Translations under genes and position numbers: made by a program
Source of the DNA: a virus
Lineage: Duplodnaviria; Caudoviricetes
Direction: 5' to 3' (one strand)
DNA: 42,348 bases
IMG/VR virus record: IMGVR_UViG_3300032103_000007
Coordinates: 1-42,348 of that record
Notes under the pieces: model-generated
Told to the model about the DNA's origin: nothing
Databases searched by the model: none
What the model saw: the letters and a program-made list of their open reading frames with translations, nothing else
In this document: in pieces, positions 16,845 to 26,106 of the stretch
How the letters are laid out: every line of letters begins with the position of its first letter
Position numbering within the stretch: position 1 is the stretch's first letter

Positions 16845-19800
16845 TTAACGGCTCTCCCTGTCGATCTTGTTAAGCTCGCGGCGAAGCTCTCGGTATTTGT
16901 TAGCAATCTGGACACGGCGCTGACGGGTATCTGCCTTGGCCATCTCGTCCTGTTCTAGCTGCTTAATGGTAGATTCAGACAGCACGGACGAGCTAAAGTT
17001 TACAGCTCTTGGGTTTAATACGTAGGTTTGCTGACCACGTGATAGGCTAGTTTCCTTTAGAGCAGCGGCGATCTCCTCCGGAGTCTTTCCAGAAAGTCTA
17101 GCAATCTCGGCTAGAGCCACGTACTCCTTGAGTCCCTCAACTTCCTGAGCGCGTACGTCTAGGTACTGGCTACGAATGTTGTCCATATCCAGCGTAGCTG
17201 ACGCAGCTACCACGTCATTAAGGTCACGCTTAGCCGTACGTAGATCCTGCTGCTGTAGGAGATTGATGCTCTTGATGGGATCAAATCTCTGCATCTTAAT
17301 AAAATTGTTAGTAGCCATCTCTACGGCCCAGTGCTCTACTACCGCCTCTTCCGGCACTACATCCACTTCCTCTAGCAGACCTGTGAACTTAGACGCCTCT
17401 ACGATCGGCTGCTTGAGCATACCGCTCGCGGTCAAGAACGAGCCTGCAGCGAAGTTGATGAAGTTGTCGTTTAGTCCAGCAGCCTTATATCCGGCGTCCG
17501 CCTCTGGATCGTTGCGGATAGCAGTAGGCACACGACTCTGACCGGTAATCATCTTGGCCGAATCCTTGAGTAGCGGGTTGAGCGAGACTAGGGCAGCAGT
17601 AGCCGAGGCAATGCGCTCAGTATCGCCAGATCCGATCGCACCCATAAGCTCCGTCATCGGACCGTAAGGATCCGTTACTCGGCCTACGTCTACCATCAGG
17701 TACGAGCCGTCCGGAGCCTTGCCCACTACGCGCACGTCCTTGTTCATGACGAAACTGTTGGACATACGGTAGGCATCTTCTACCTTCTTGCGCTCTTCCT
17801 CGTCTCCTTCATCTAGGCCATAGCCGATCATTGATGCAAAGCCCATGAATGCAGCTAGCGCTAGCTTATTAGCTAGATACTGATTGCTCATGGCAGCAGC
17901 GATGCCGATACTACGTCCGGCAGCATGTCCACGGAGAACGTTAGCAGCAGCAGTGTGGCCCTCGTTAGCCAGAGTATCAGCTAGGCGGATATCGTCAGCA
18001 GCTCGGTAGCCGGACATTAGCAGTGAGCGGAACGTTTCGTACTGGTAGGTAGCGAATACAAAGATACCGGTACGATCAAGGTCGCGGACTAAAGAAGCGG
18101 CTAGTTCGTACGAGAACGTAGTCTGACGGGTACGCGCAGCAGCACGCTCTGATAACTGATCTTTCGTTAGGCGTAGCTCCTGTGGCAGGTTATCGTTTAC
18201 TTCAGTAAGGACGTCTAGCTGCTTGTAGTACACTACCAGCTTAGCGCCTAGGTCCATACCCGAGTAGATAGTCCACAGGGCACTGTAGCTATTGCCGGCG
18301 GCCTTACTCGCACGCTCCCACGTCGAGCTATCGGGCATAGCGCCGGCCGAGCGCAGGTTCTCTACCGCCTGCTCTAAAGGACGACGACGCATAGCCTCCG
18401 CAATCGGAGTATCAGCCAGCATGTTGCGGTACATGTCGTACGTCTGCTGGTTAAACTTACCAGTCTTGAGCGCCTCTAGGTTAGCAGCAGTAGTGCCAAT
18501 CACAGCGGGGATAATCTTACTCATGTAAGAAGGGCCTACGCCGTTAGCCACAGCCATGCTGAAAGAACCGACGCCGTTGTAGAGCATCAGTAGTGGATTG
18601 AGTACTAGGTTAGTGAACTTGAAGACACTGGCGTACTTGCCGAGAGTATTCGACATCAACTCGACTAGTGGGTGCCTAGTCTCAGAGTCGTTGGCAAACA
18701 TCTGAGCAGCTTCGGATGAAGTCCACATTCCGTTCAGCGCGCCCATAGACGGGCCGCGTAGCTCTACAGCGTTAGTAACTCCAGAGGCAGTAGCATCACT
18801 CTTAGAATTGAAGAAGTACTTGCCAGTGTAGTCCTGTTTTAGCTGGCGCGCGAAGCGTAGCTGCTCAAGCAGCAGGCCCTGAGCTAGCTGGGTGTTGTAG
18901 ATCACCGTTAGCGGGTCTTCGATCTTGCCCATCAACGCAGCGATGGGAGCAGGTACATCAACACGCTCCTTGAGCGCCCCGAGTCCTACTCGATTCTGCG
19001 AGAAGTACCTGGTCAGTCTGTCCACGCCACGGGTCTCGCGTAGTAGGTCCTGAATAGCCGTAGTGACTGTAGCTTCTGCAGCCTCAGAGTTACGCGGATC
19101 AGACACGGCAAAGAACGCGCGAAGAGCTGATACTAGCTCATCCTTCTTGAGAGCGCTGACTCCAGCCTCTCCGATCCAAGCAGCGTGAATACGCTCAAGG
19201 CGAGCACGCGGCATCTTCTCAAGCTTGTCCAGCTCGAAGTTAGTCAGGTCGTTGCGTAGGAATTCCGTAGCATCCTGTAGAATCTTCTTACCCTTGTCGG
19301 TACCACGAACTAGCTCCTGCCACTGCTTACGTTCCTTCGGATTGTGTACCTGATAGGCCGTAGTCCAGTAGTTATCTAGGTTAGCCATGATAGCATTGAT
19401 CTGGCGCACTACTGCAGGGCTAGGCTTGAACTCACCGTTCTCTACGCGTGAAGACTCGTACAGCTCCTTTACGATCTGTAGGCTGTTCTTCTTGAACTCT
19501 TCACGCATGTTGACTAGAGCGCCGAATAGCTCTGGATTTTCCTGCCGGATCTTAGCCTCAGCCTTTGCGTAGTCCTCCGGAGAGATACCCGGCTTGATGA
19601 GAGTCTTAGCTAGCTCCTCGTTGTTAGCGACGATCTGCTCGTCTGCAGTCTGACCTAGGATGATATACTCTAGCGCTACCTCGCGCCCCTTAGCCGTCTC
19701 GATAGCCTGACGCAGAGACTCCACTCCAGCATTCTTAGGCAGGAAGAAGTCAGCAACCTTAGCCTTGAGTGAGCTAGGATCGCGCTTGCCCTTCATTACC

Positions 19801-22800
19801 TGCTCAGCACGCTCTAGCGCATTAGTAGAAACAGACAGCCTGTCCATAAGAGTAGTCTTATCTAGCCCACCTGCCGCAGCAGCCGCTACTTCTCTAGCCT
19901 GCGTAGCTACTTCGTCTACGGTAGAATCAGAAACATCCGACAGCACTTCGCTACGGTTATCCGTAGTAGTGGTGTCGATAGCCGTGGCCGTAGCTTCTAG
20001 TAGCGACTCAAGTGCATCCATGTTCTTCTTAGAGTCAGCCATGCCTAGGGCGTTGCGGACTACGTTGACTAACTTACGATAGACGTTGCCGAGCGTACCA
20101 CGAGCCGGTAGGCTACGCAGTACATCCTGAATGTTCTTGTCTGTCAGGCCGTAGGTTACAATCTCGTCCACGTCTACCTTACCAGCCTGATCCACCAAGC
20201 CGCCGTTACGCGGAGAGATGATCTTGCTAAGCGGGGAGTCTGGATTACGCTTTAGCTCCTGCCTGCCTTTGGTATCGTACCACTGCTGGAAGCTGTTACG
20301 TACCTCGTTGATCTGAGCGACAGCAGCAGCTAGTTGCTTGTCAGTCTTAACAGCAGCCTTATCACGTAGTCTTACCCAAGTAAGAGCGTGTAGGATCTCG
20401 TGAGCTACAATACGGGGATTGATACCGCCCATACCGAAGCGGAGCTTGCCGTTGTTTGGATTGTAGTAGCCTAGCGTCTCTAGGCCGCCCTGAGTCTTGA
20501 CATACTTCTTGGCCGCGTCGATCTGAATGTCAGGTACTAGGCCCTGATACTTCTTCATGATCGGCAGCAGGGCACGAACAAGTACGTTTTCACGGCCAGT
20601 ACGTGATGCTACCTCTAGATAGTCAAAGAGAGCCTGTACTCGCTGCTCCGGACCGCGAGCATTGTTGTAGTCATCAATTAGGCTAGCGGCATCCTCTCCG
20701 TAGGTTTCGGCAATCTCTCCGGTAGTCACTGCCGCCTTGACGTCGGGGTTAGCTGGATTAAACTCCCCCGTGTTCTCGTCGATGTTCTTGACTTGGTTAG
20801 AGTCGAGAGCCATGACAGACACATCCACCTCGGGGAAGATGTCAGCGAACTCGGCATCAGGCATAACTAGATCAGCACCGCGAGGCTTACCGCGAGCTGT
20901 TAGGCGTGACTGCTTCTCAGCGTCATCTAGTCCGGGGATCTCAAAACGATTGACGTACATAACGCCATCGTGTCCGGTCTCTCGGATCAGCTCGCGTACT
21001 ACTGCATTCTCCTTAGCCTCTAGCTCAACCATCCTATTCTCAGAAGACGGCGTGCTAAAGTCTAGGGATTCGTACTCTTTGCGGATAGCGGCAACTTCCG
21101 CCTCAGCCTGCGCTAGACGTTCCTGAGTGATTAGGTTCATGTCGCGTAGCTGCGGACCTACATCCTCGATGCTCCAGTTACCGTAGTCCTGCAAACGCAG
21201 CGGCTTCTTGATGTTGACAGCCATGCGTAGCGCCTTCTTGTCTTGATTACTGCCGCGAGCAGCCTTAGTACCTACCTCAGCGTTAGTGCTAAGGTGGGGG
21301 CCAATCTGTCCACGAGCAGCTACCCAGTTACGGATATCAGCAGTCTTGCTGGTAACGTGGTACATCACCGGCTCTACTACGGTACCCTTTAGGAAGTTAC
21401 GCAGGTTAGGATTACGCTTAGCCGTTTCGCGTACGTCAGGCTCTTTGATTCTAGCCAAGTCAAACTCTTCTGTATCACCTTCAACAGTGATAGCAGCCTT
21501 CTCCGGTACAACCTTGGCTACCTTCTCGGTAACAGCAGGAGTGTCCGTAGGCTTAGCTAGGCGAGCAAGTACGTCGTCGTACGATACAGCAGGGGCGTTA
21601 CCGTCTTCGTCTGCTACCTTAGGTACCTTAGGTGCTGCGGGCTTAGTCGGCTTAGAAGCTACAGGAGTTGGAGCAGCTACAGGAGCAGTCTGCACCTGCG
21701 TTCTGCGGGCAATCTCGCTAGCACGCCAATCTCTCTGGGCTACCAATACGTCGTCATCGGTAGCGTTAGGATTCTGTTCCAGATAACGCACGGCAAAGTC
21801 GCGCATCTCTTTGCGCGATACCTCTGCCTGTCTAGTTACAGCGCTCTGTCTACCAGCCTGCTGCCTACGCTGACGCTCAGCTACAGCACGACGAGCTTCG
21901 TCGATATCCCGCACCTGATTGTCTACCATTGGTAGCGATAGCTGTTCTGGCTCCGGCTGAGCTACTGTGGTAGTCTCCTGCCGTACCGGGGTAGGTAGGT
22001 CTACCGCATTGGCGATACTGCGATCGCGGTTAGCTTCCGCGAAAGCATTAGCCATGATGTTGCCTGGCTCGTTAGCCGCCGTAGTAGCAATCTCACGATC
22101 GAGGGCATCTCGCTGAGCACGACGCTCACGTACACCCGCTTCTTGCTGAGCAGCCTGAACGCTGCGCTCTGATGCTAGACGCGACTCAGCTTCCATCACA
22201 CCACCAACACCATCGGTTAGTTCTGGATCTCCTCCGAATAGGTCTAGCTGCTCTGCCTTGCCAGTCTGAAATGCGGAAGCGATGCGAGCATTGTTCTCGT
22301 TCTTGGCAGCGAAGCGAGCTAGCTCCTGCTGCTTGATAGCCTCGGTAGCGCGAGCAAGCTCAGCCTCCTGACGGAGACGATCAGTACGCGCAATATTGAA
22401 GGCATCCTTAGCTTCGTTGCGTAGGTTATCCTTCTTTCTCTGTAGGTCCTGCTCTGATCGAATCTGTGCCGCCTGCTCGACAGCAGTAGTCGGAGTAACG
22501 AGTGCGCCAGAAGCTAGACCGCTAGCGAGTAATCCTCGTACAGCCTCTTCACGTAGCTCTGGACTATCCCAATCCTTGACCATGCTGGCAATTACGCCGG
22601 CCTCCGTCGCGTCTCCTTCGAGAGCAGCAGAGCCGGCACGCACAGCATTCTGAGCATAGGGAGTTACAGCTTCCGAGCCAGCCTCTACTGCAGTACGACC
22701 TAGAGCATTAAGCGCCGTACGCTTTAGCAGCCCGCCTCCGATCTTAAGACCGGGGATAGCACCAGTCACAGCTTCGGCACCAAACTCGGTAGCAGCTTGC

Positions 22801-23531
22801 TCAAACGCCTGCTCGTCTGCTAGAGAGGCAGCTTCTTGCTCTCCCATGCCAGCCTCACGTGCGGCTCTGTACGCCTCGTCCCACGAAGCGAAGAAAGCTT
22901 TGCGGGCCATGGGGATAGAACCAACAGCAGATCCTACTACTCCGCCAGCAGCGGTACCTACGCCGGGAGCAGCTAGCGTACCTAGAGCACCGCCCGCTAC
23001 ACCACCTACTACTGAGCCTACGCTTTCAGGAGCTGAGCCAGCAGCGTCAGAGACCGTACGTAGGAAAGTACTACGTTCGCCAAGAGCTTCTGCCTTTCGA
23101 CGGGCCTCTTCCTGATCAGCGCGCGCCTGAGCAAGCTCCTCACGATCGGACGTGATTCTATCGACAAGTGCTTCGCCTAGAGTCTTATCAGTAGTGGCTA
23201 CGTCGTAGAGAGCACCTAACGCATTGAACGGATTACGCACTCCTCCATTGCCTACAATATCTCTGCCAGATCCAGCTAGATCTCTCTCTAGTTCGGCGGC
23301 AGTAGTATCAGCAGCACGACGGCCTTGAATGGCCGCTTCTGGAATAAGGCCGACCATCTCCAGTAGGCCCATATCTTCCTTAGGCTTAGCCGAAGTAGGT
23401 AGGCGAGGAGTAGGGTCTACTAGAAACTCGTTGATAGATAGCGGAGCTACGGCGCTACTCTCTACGCCGAACTCTTCAGGAGTGGCTAGACCTAGAGAGA
23501 TTAGTCTGCGCTGATACGAGGTAAGTGCCAT
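16845..23531 (-). CDS. large internal virion/DNA ejection polyvalent protein
   Basis: 2228 aa; Gly/Ala-rich hydrophobic hairpin near the N-terminus, coiled coils, ART-like segment (YHVT...GPHLST...NIKKPL...GHDGVMY...NQVK..NTGEFNPANPD), HEILH motif. Confidence 0.8.
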   Translation of the reverse strand: MALTSYQRRLISLGLATPEEFGVESSAVAPLSINEFLVDPTPRLPTSAKPKEDMGLLEMVGLIPEAAIQGRRAADTTAAELERDLAGSGRDIVGNGGVRNPFNALGALYDVATTDKTLGEALVDRITSDREELAQARADQEEARRKAEALGERSTFLRTVSDAAGSAPESVGSVVGGVAGGALGTLAAPGVGTAAGGVVGSAVGSIPMARKAFFASWDEAYRAAREAGMGEQEAASLADEQAFEQAATEFGAEAVTGAIPGLKIGGGLLKRTALNALGRTAVEAGSEAVTPYAQNAVRAGSAALEGDATEAGVIASMVKDWDSPELREEAVRGLLASGLASGALVTPTTAVEQAAQIRSEQDLQRKKDNLRNEAKDAFNIARTDRLRQEAELARATEAIKQQELARFAAKNENNARIASAFQTGKAEQLDLFGGDPELTDGVGGVMEAESRLASERSVQAAQQEAGVRERRAQRDALDREIATTAANEPGNIMANAFAEANRDRSIANAVDLPTPVRQETTTVAQPEPEQLSLPMVDNQVRDIDEARRAVAERQRRQQAGRQSAVTRQAEVSRKEMRDFAVRYLEQNPNATDDDVLVAQRDWRASEIARRTQVQTAPVAAPTPVASKPTKPAAPKVPKVADEDGNAPAVSYDDVLARLAKPTDTPAVTEKVAKVVPEKAAITVEGDTEEFDLARIKEPDVRETAKRNPNLRNFLKGTVVEPVMYHVTSKTADIRNWVAARGQIGPHLSTNAEVGTKAARGSNQDKKALRMAVNIKKPLRLQDYGNWSIEDVGPQLRDMNLITQERLAQAEAEVAAIRKEYESLDFSTPSSENRMVELEAKENAVVRELIRETGHDGVMYVNRFEIPGLDDAEKQSRLTARGKPRGADLVMPDAEFADIFPEVDVSVMALDSNQVKNIDENTGEFNPANPDVKAAVTTGEIAETYGEDAASLIDDYNNARGPEQRVQALFDYLEVASRTGRENVLVRALLPIMKKYQGLVPDIQIDAAKKYVKTQGGLETLGYYNPNNGKLRFGMGGINPRIVAHEILHALTWVRLRDKAAVKTDKQLAAAVAQINEVRNSFQQWYDTKGRQELKRNPDSPLSKIISPRNGGLVDQAGKVDVDEIVTYGLTDKNIQDVLRSLPARGTLGNVYRKLVNVVRNALGMADSKKNMDALESLLEATATAIDTTTTDNRSEVLSDVSDSTVDEVATQAREVAAAAAGGLDKTTLMDRLSVSTNALERAEQVMKGKRDPSSLKAKVADFFLPKNAGVESLRQAIETAKGREVALEYIILGQTADEQIVANNEELAKTLIKPGISPEDYAKAEAKIRQENPELFGALVNMREEFKKNSLQIVKELYESSRVENGEFKPSPAVVRQINAIMANLDNYWTTAYQVHNPKERKQWQELVRGTDKGKKILQDATEFLRNDLTNFELDKLEKMPRARLERIHAAWIGEAGVSALKKDELVSALRAFFAVSDPRNSEAAEATVTTAIQDLLRETRGVDRLTRYFSQNRVGLGALKERVDVPAPIAALMGKIEDPLTVIYNTQLAQGLLLEQLRFARQLKQDYTGKYFFNSKSDATASGVTNAVELRGPSMGALNGMWTSSEAAQMFANDSETRHPLVELMSNTLGKYASVFKFTNLVLNPLLMLYNGVGSFSMAVANGVGPSYMSKIIPAVIGTTAANLEALKTGKFNQQTYDMYRNMLADTPIAEAMRRRPLEQAVENLRSAGAMPDSSTWERASKAAGNSYSALWTIYSGMDLGAKLVVYYKQLDVLTEVNDNLPQELRLTKDQLSERAAARTRQTTFSYELAASLVRDLDRTGIFVFATYQYETFRSLLMSGYRAADDIRLADTLANEGHTAAANVLRGHAAGRSIGIAAAMSNQYLANKLALAAFMGFASMIGYGLDEGDEEERKKVEDAYRMSNSFVMNKDVRVVGKAPDGSYLMVDVGRVTDPYGPMTELMGAIGSGDTERIASATAALVSLNPLLKDSAKMITGQSRVPTAIRNDPEADAGYKAAGLNDNFINFAAGSFLTASGMLKQPIVEASKFTGLLEEVDVVPEEAVVEHWAVEMATNNFIKMQRFDPIKSINLLQQQDLRTAKRDLNDVVAASATLDMDNIRSQYLDVRAQEVEGLKEYVALAEIARLSGKTPEEIAAALKETSLSRGQQTYVLNPRAVNFSSSVLSESTIKQLEQDEMAKADTRQRRVQIANKYRELRRELNKIDRESR

Positions 23532-23546
23532 ACTAAGGTAGGTTCC

Positions 23547-24197
23547 TTATCGAGTTGGTGGCTGGCGTGACTGCAGAGCAGCCTGCCTAATTAGATCCGA
23601 GTTACGTACTTGGTTAGGCGCTCCAGTGTCAAAGTAAAGCATACCATCATCCTGCCTAGATAGAATGCTCTGAGCACCACGACGCTTAGCTGCTAGACCG
23701 CTTAGGCGATTGTTAAGATCGTCCAGTTCTTCAGGAGCTAGTTTGGTGCCAAGTAGGCTTTCGTACGCGGTAATAGCCTGCTCGTCGCCTGACTTATACA
23801 GCTCGTTTTTGCTCTGGAATCCCATCTTGGCTAGCAGCCCTTCGCTGGTGACGGATACGGGTCGGCTGGACCCACCACCACCGCTGCCTCCGCGAGGCTG
23901 ACTCATCATCCAGTCCATGTAGCGACGATTGGTCTGACGCTCTGGCTCACCACGCTTCCACTCTAGATCTCGATCAGCAACCTGATCAGCACGACGCCGA
24001 GCGTACTGCCCGTCTTCGCGCTGTTCTTGGCGTAGCTGTTCGGCTAGCGCGCGCTTAGCACGGCGTGCCTCTAGCGCGTCCTCTCTAGCGTTGCGGCGCT
24101 TCTCGTCCAAGTAGTCCTTTCTGCGCTGGTCTTCTTCGACCATACTTTTTCCAGCGCCCTGCATTGCTCCACCTAGGATAGCTTCTAGTAGTGACAT
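23547..24197 (-). CDS. internal virion/ejection protein (putative)
   Basis: MSLLEAILGGAMQGAG N-terminus followed by a charged coiled coil. Confidence 0.55.
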   Translation of the reverse strand: MSLLEAILGGAMQGAGKSMVEEDQRRKDYLDEKRRNAREDALEARRAKRALAEQLRQEQREDGQYARRRADQVADRDLEWKRGEPERQTNRRYMDWMMSQPRGGSGGGGSSRPVSVTSEGLLAKMGFQSKNELYKSGDEQAITAYESLLGTKLAPEELDDLNNRLSGLAAKRRGAQSILSRQDDGMLYFDTGAPNQVRNSDLIRQAALQSRQPPTR

Positions 24198-24207
24198 AGA
24201 TATCTCC

Positions 24208-24654
24208 TTATCCTAGTAGTGGGGCGTTAGCGATCGGACTAGCGCTGGCCGTAGGACTTGCTGACTGAGCTTCTTCCGTCTGTGCAATGCCCTTAACCAT
24301 GTCCGCTACTACGAAGTACAACTCTTCTGCGAATGTGTTAGGATCAATCTCGACTCCGCCCTCTACAAGGACGTCGATGATATCGTTAGTGACCTCAGCT
24401 ACAGCGCCGTCAGACGCCATCCAAGCTGCTGGGTCTACATCAATGCCGCTATCTTCTAGGGCCTTACTGACGTTCTCGATCAGCATGATGATGAACTGGC
24501 CAGTACCCTTAGCCGGAGTCTTGGTGTTCTTGGCGGCGGCGACTAGCGCCTGCGCGCCTTCGGGGCTGTTGATGACTTTGAGAGATAGACCAACGAGAAT
24601 GTCTAGGTCCATCTCGCTGCCGTCATCCTCGCCTTCTGCGTACTTCTCGTCCAT
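24208..24654 (-). CDS. acidic virion-associated hypothetical protein
   Basis: 148-aa ORF within the ejection-gene block. Confidence 0.55.
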   Translation of the reverse strand: MDEKYAEGEDDGSEMDLDILVGLSLKVINSPEGAQALVAAAKNTKTPAKGTGQFIIMLIENVSKALEDSGIDVDPAAWMASDGAVAEVTNDIIDVLVEGGVEIDPNTFAEELYFVVADMVKGIAQTEEAQSASPTASASPIANAPLLG

Positions 24655-25103
24655 TATGGAATCCTCGGAAACAGGGCGTTAGTTAGGTTGCCGATCGGTC
24701 CGCCACTAGCAGGGGCTGGAGTAGCTGGGGTAACGGCAGGGGTCGAAGGATTTGCCAGTGACGCTAGCAATCCGCCTGAGCTGATGAACTCGTCAGGCGT
24801 TACCTGCCTACCATTAGCAGACGCGGCAGGTGTATAGTTCCTGAACTCTGACCCGGCAAACTCGGTAAAGTTTTTGGCCCCTCGTACTCTTTCACCTCTC
24901 GTATTCTGACGCATCCACTCCTGTAGAAGGGCAGCTTCCTTGGCGGTACGACGATCTTCGTTAGCGCGTAGGCCGATAGCCTCTCGCTCGAATGCGATCT
25001 CTCGCTCTGACATCTCTCTAGCTGCACGATCCGCAGAGCGCTGCTGAGATCTACCGAGAATAGCAGATCCGACACCTCTTAGAATGTTACCAAACAATGA
25101 CAT
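24654..25103 (-). CDS. internal virion/pilot-like protein (putative)
   Basis: AAGGAG RBS; MSLFGNILRGVGSAILG amphipathic N-terminus then coiled coil. Confidence 0.55.
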   Translation of the reverse strand: MSLFGNILRGVGSAILGRSQQRSADRAAREMSEREIAFEREAIGLRANEDRRTAKEAALLQEWMRQNTRGERVRGAKNFTEFAGSEFRNYTPAASANGRQVTPDEFISSGGLLASLANPSTPAVTPATPAPASGGPIGNLTNALFPRIP

Positions 25104-25113
25104 ATATTACTCC

Positions 25114-26094
25114 TTAGGTACCGGGATCACGAATCACGCCGGGCTGCTCAGCGCCAGTCGGCGGACGAGGTGCTGGGACGGGTTGGGTAGCGCCGATGCG
25201 ATCTCCGATGATGTTGGATAGGGTCTGGTTGATGATACCGCTAGCCTGACCACGGAAGAAGTTGAGCATTCCGCTAACTACCTGCGGGTTGTATACTTCT
25301 GGGTCGTCTACGAAAGCTTGTCCTAGGCGATCTAGCATAGCGGCGTTTAGTCCTAGCTCAGAAGTATAGGTCTGACTAATCATGTCGCGGAAGCTAGACT
25401 GTTCCTGTAGCCAGTTCTGACGGAACGTATCGTTCTCAGCCATCTGGTTACGGAACTGGAAGTCGGTCTGCGTTCTGATAGCATCGCGCATAACGTCAGC
25501 GTTAGCCATCTCATTCTGACGAGCCATACGAGCGCGTTCTTGCGAATCCGCAATACCAGCCTGAGCATTGGCCATAGCGATGTTACGCATCAGATCGTTC
25601 TGAGACATAGCGTTCTGCCCGCGTAGAGTGAACAGGGTCTTGTCTAGATCACGGATCAGGGCGTTACCAGCCAGATCATCTTCGTACTGAGCAGCCATGC
25701 CACGACCATACTCGGTCTGCGTAAAGCCTGCGTCCTGCTGAGCGATAGGGGCCGCAGCTCTCATAGCCTCACGCATGGCGGCACCGGCAGCAATAGAACT
25801 GTTACCGGCTCCACGAGTAGCAGCCTGCTCTAGACCCGAACGCTTAGCTTCCGTCATGAAGCGGCTGTTCGAGTTAACCATATTGGTTAGACGATCTTCA
25901 GCAAACTGGTAGTCCATAGGCTTAGTAAGAGCCTTGGTAGCCGAGATCTCCCGGTTAACGTTAATGTCGCCTGCCCGCGCCGGCGCTGCCACGTTTACTG
26001 GCTGGAAGCCGGGACCTACGTTAGTTCTGATCTGAGGCATCTCCCCGATCAGTTGCATTCCTAGCTGCTGAGTTGATGGCACAGTACTGGTCAT
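25114..26094 (-). CDS. internal virion/DNA transfer protein (putative)
   Basis: A/Q/N/M-rich helical protein; RGAGNSSIAAGAA..AAAPIAQQDA motif. Confidence 0.6.
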   Translation of the reverse strand: MTSTVPSTQQLGMQLIGEMPQIRTNVGPGFQPVNVAAPARAGDINVNREISATKALTKPMDYQFAEDRLTNMVNSNSRFMTEAKRSGLEQAATRGAGNSSIAAGAAMREAMRAAAPIAQQDAGFTQTEYGRGMAAQYEDDLAGNALIRDLDKTLFTLRGQNAMSQNDLMRNIAMANAQAGIADSQERARMARQNEMANADVMRDAIRTQTDFQFRNQMAENDTFRQNWLQEQSSFRDMISQTYTSELGLNAAMLDRLGQAFVDDPEVYNPQVVSGMLNFFRGQASGIINQTLSNIIGDRIGATQPVPAPRPPTGAEQPGVIRDPGT

Positions 26095-26106
26095 TATAGG
26101 GGCTCC

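Noticed and set aside
16355-23901. Many + strand Ser/Ala-rich ORFs opposite structural genes
   Set aside because: Antisense shadows of long genes, no RBS and against the arm's polarity
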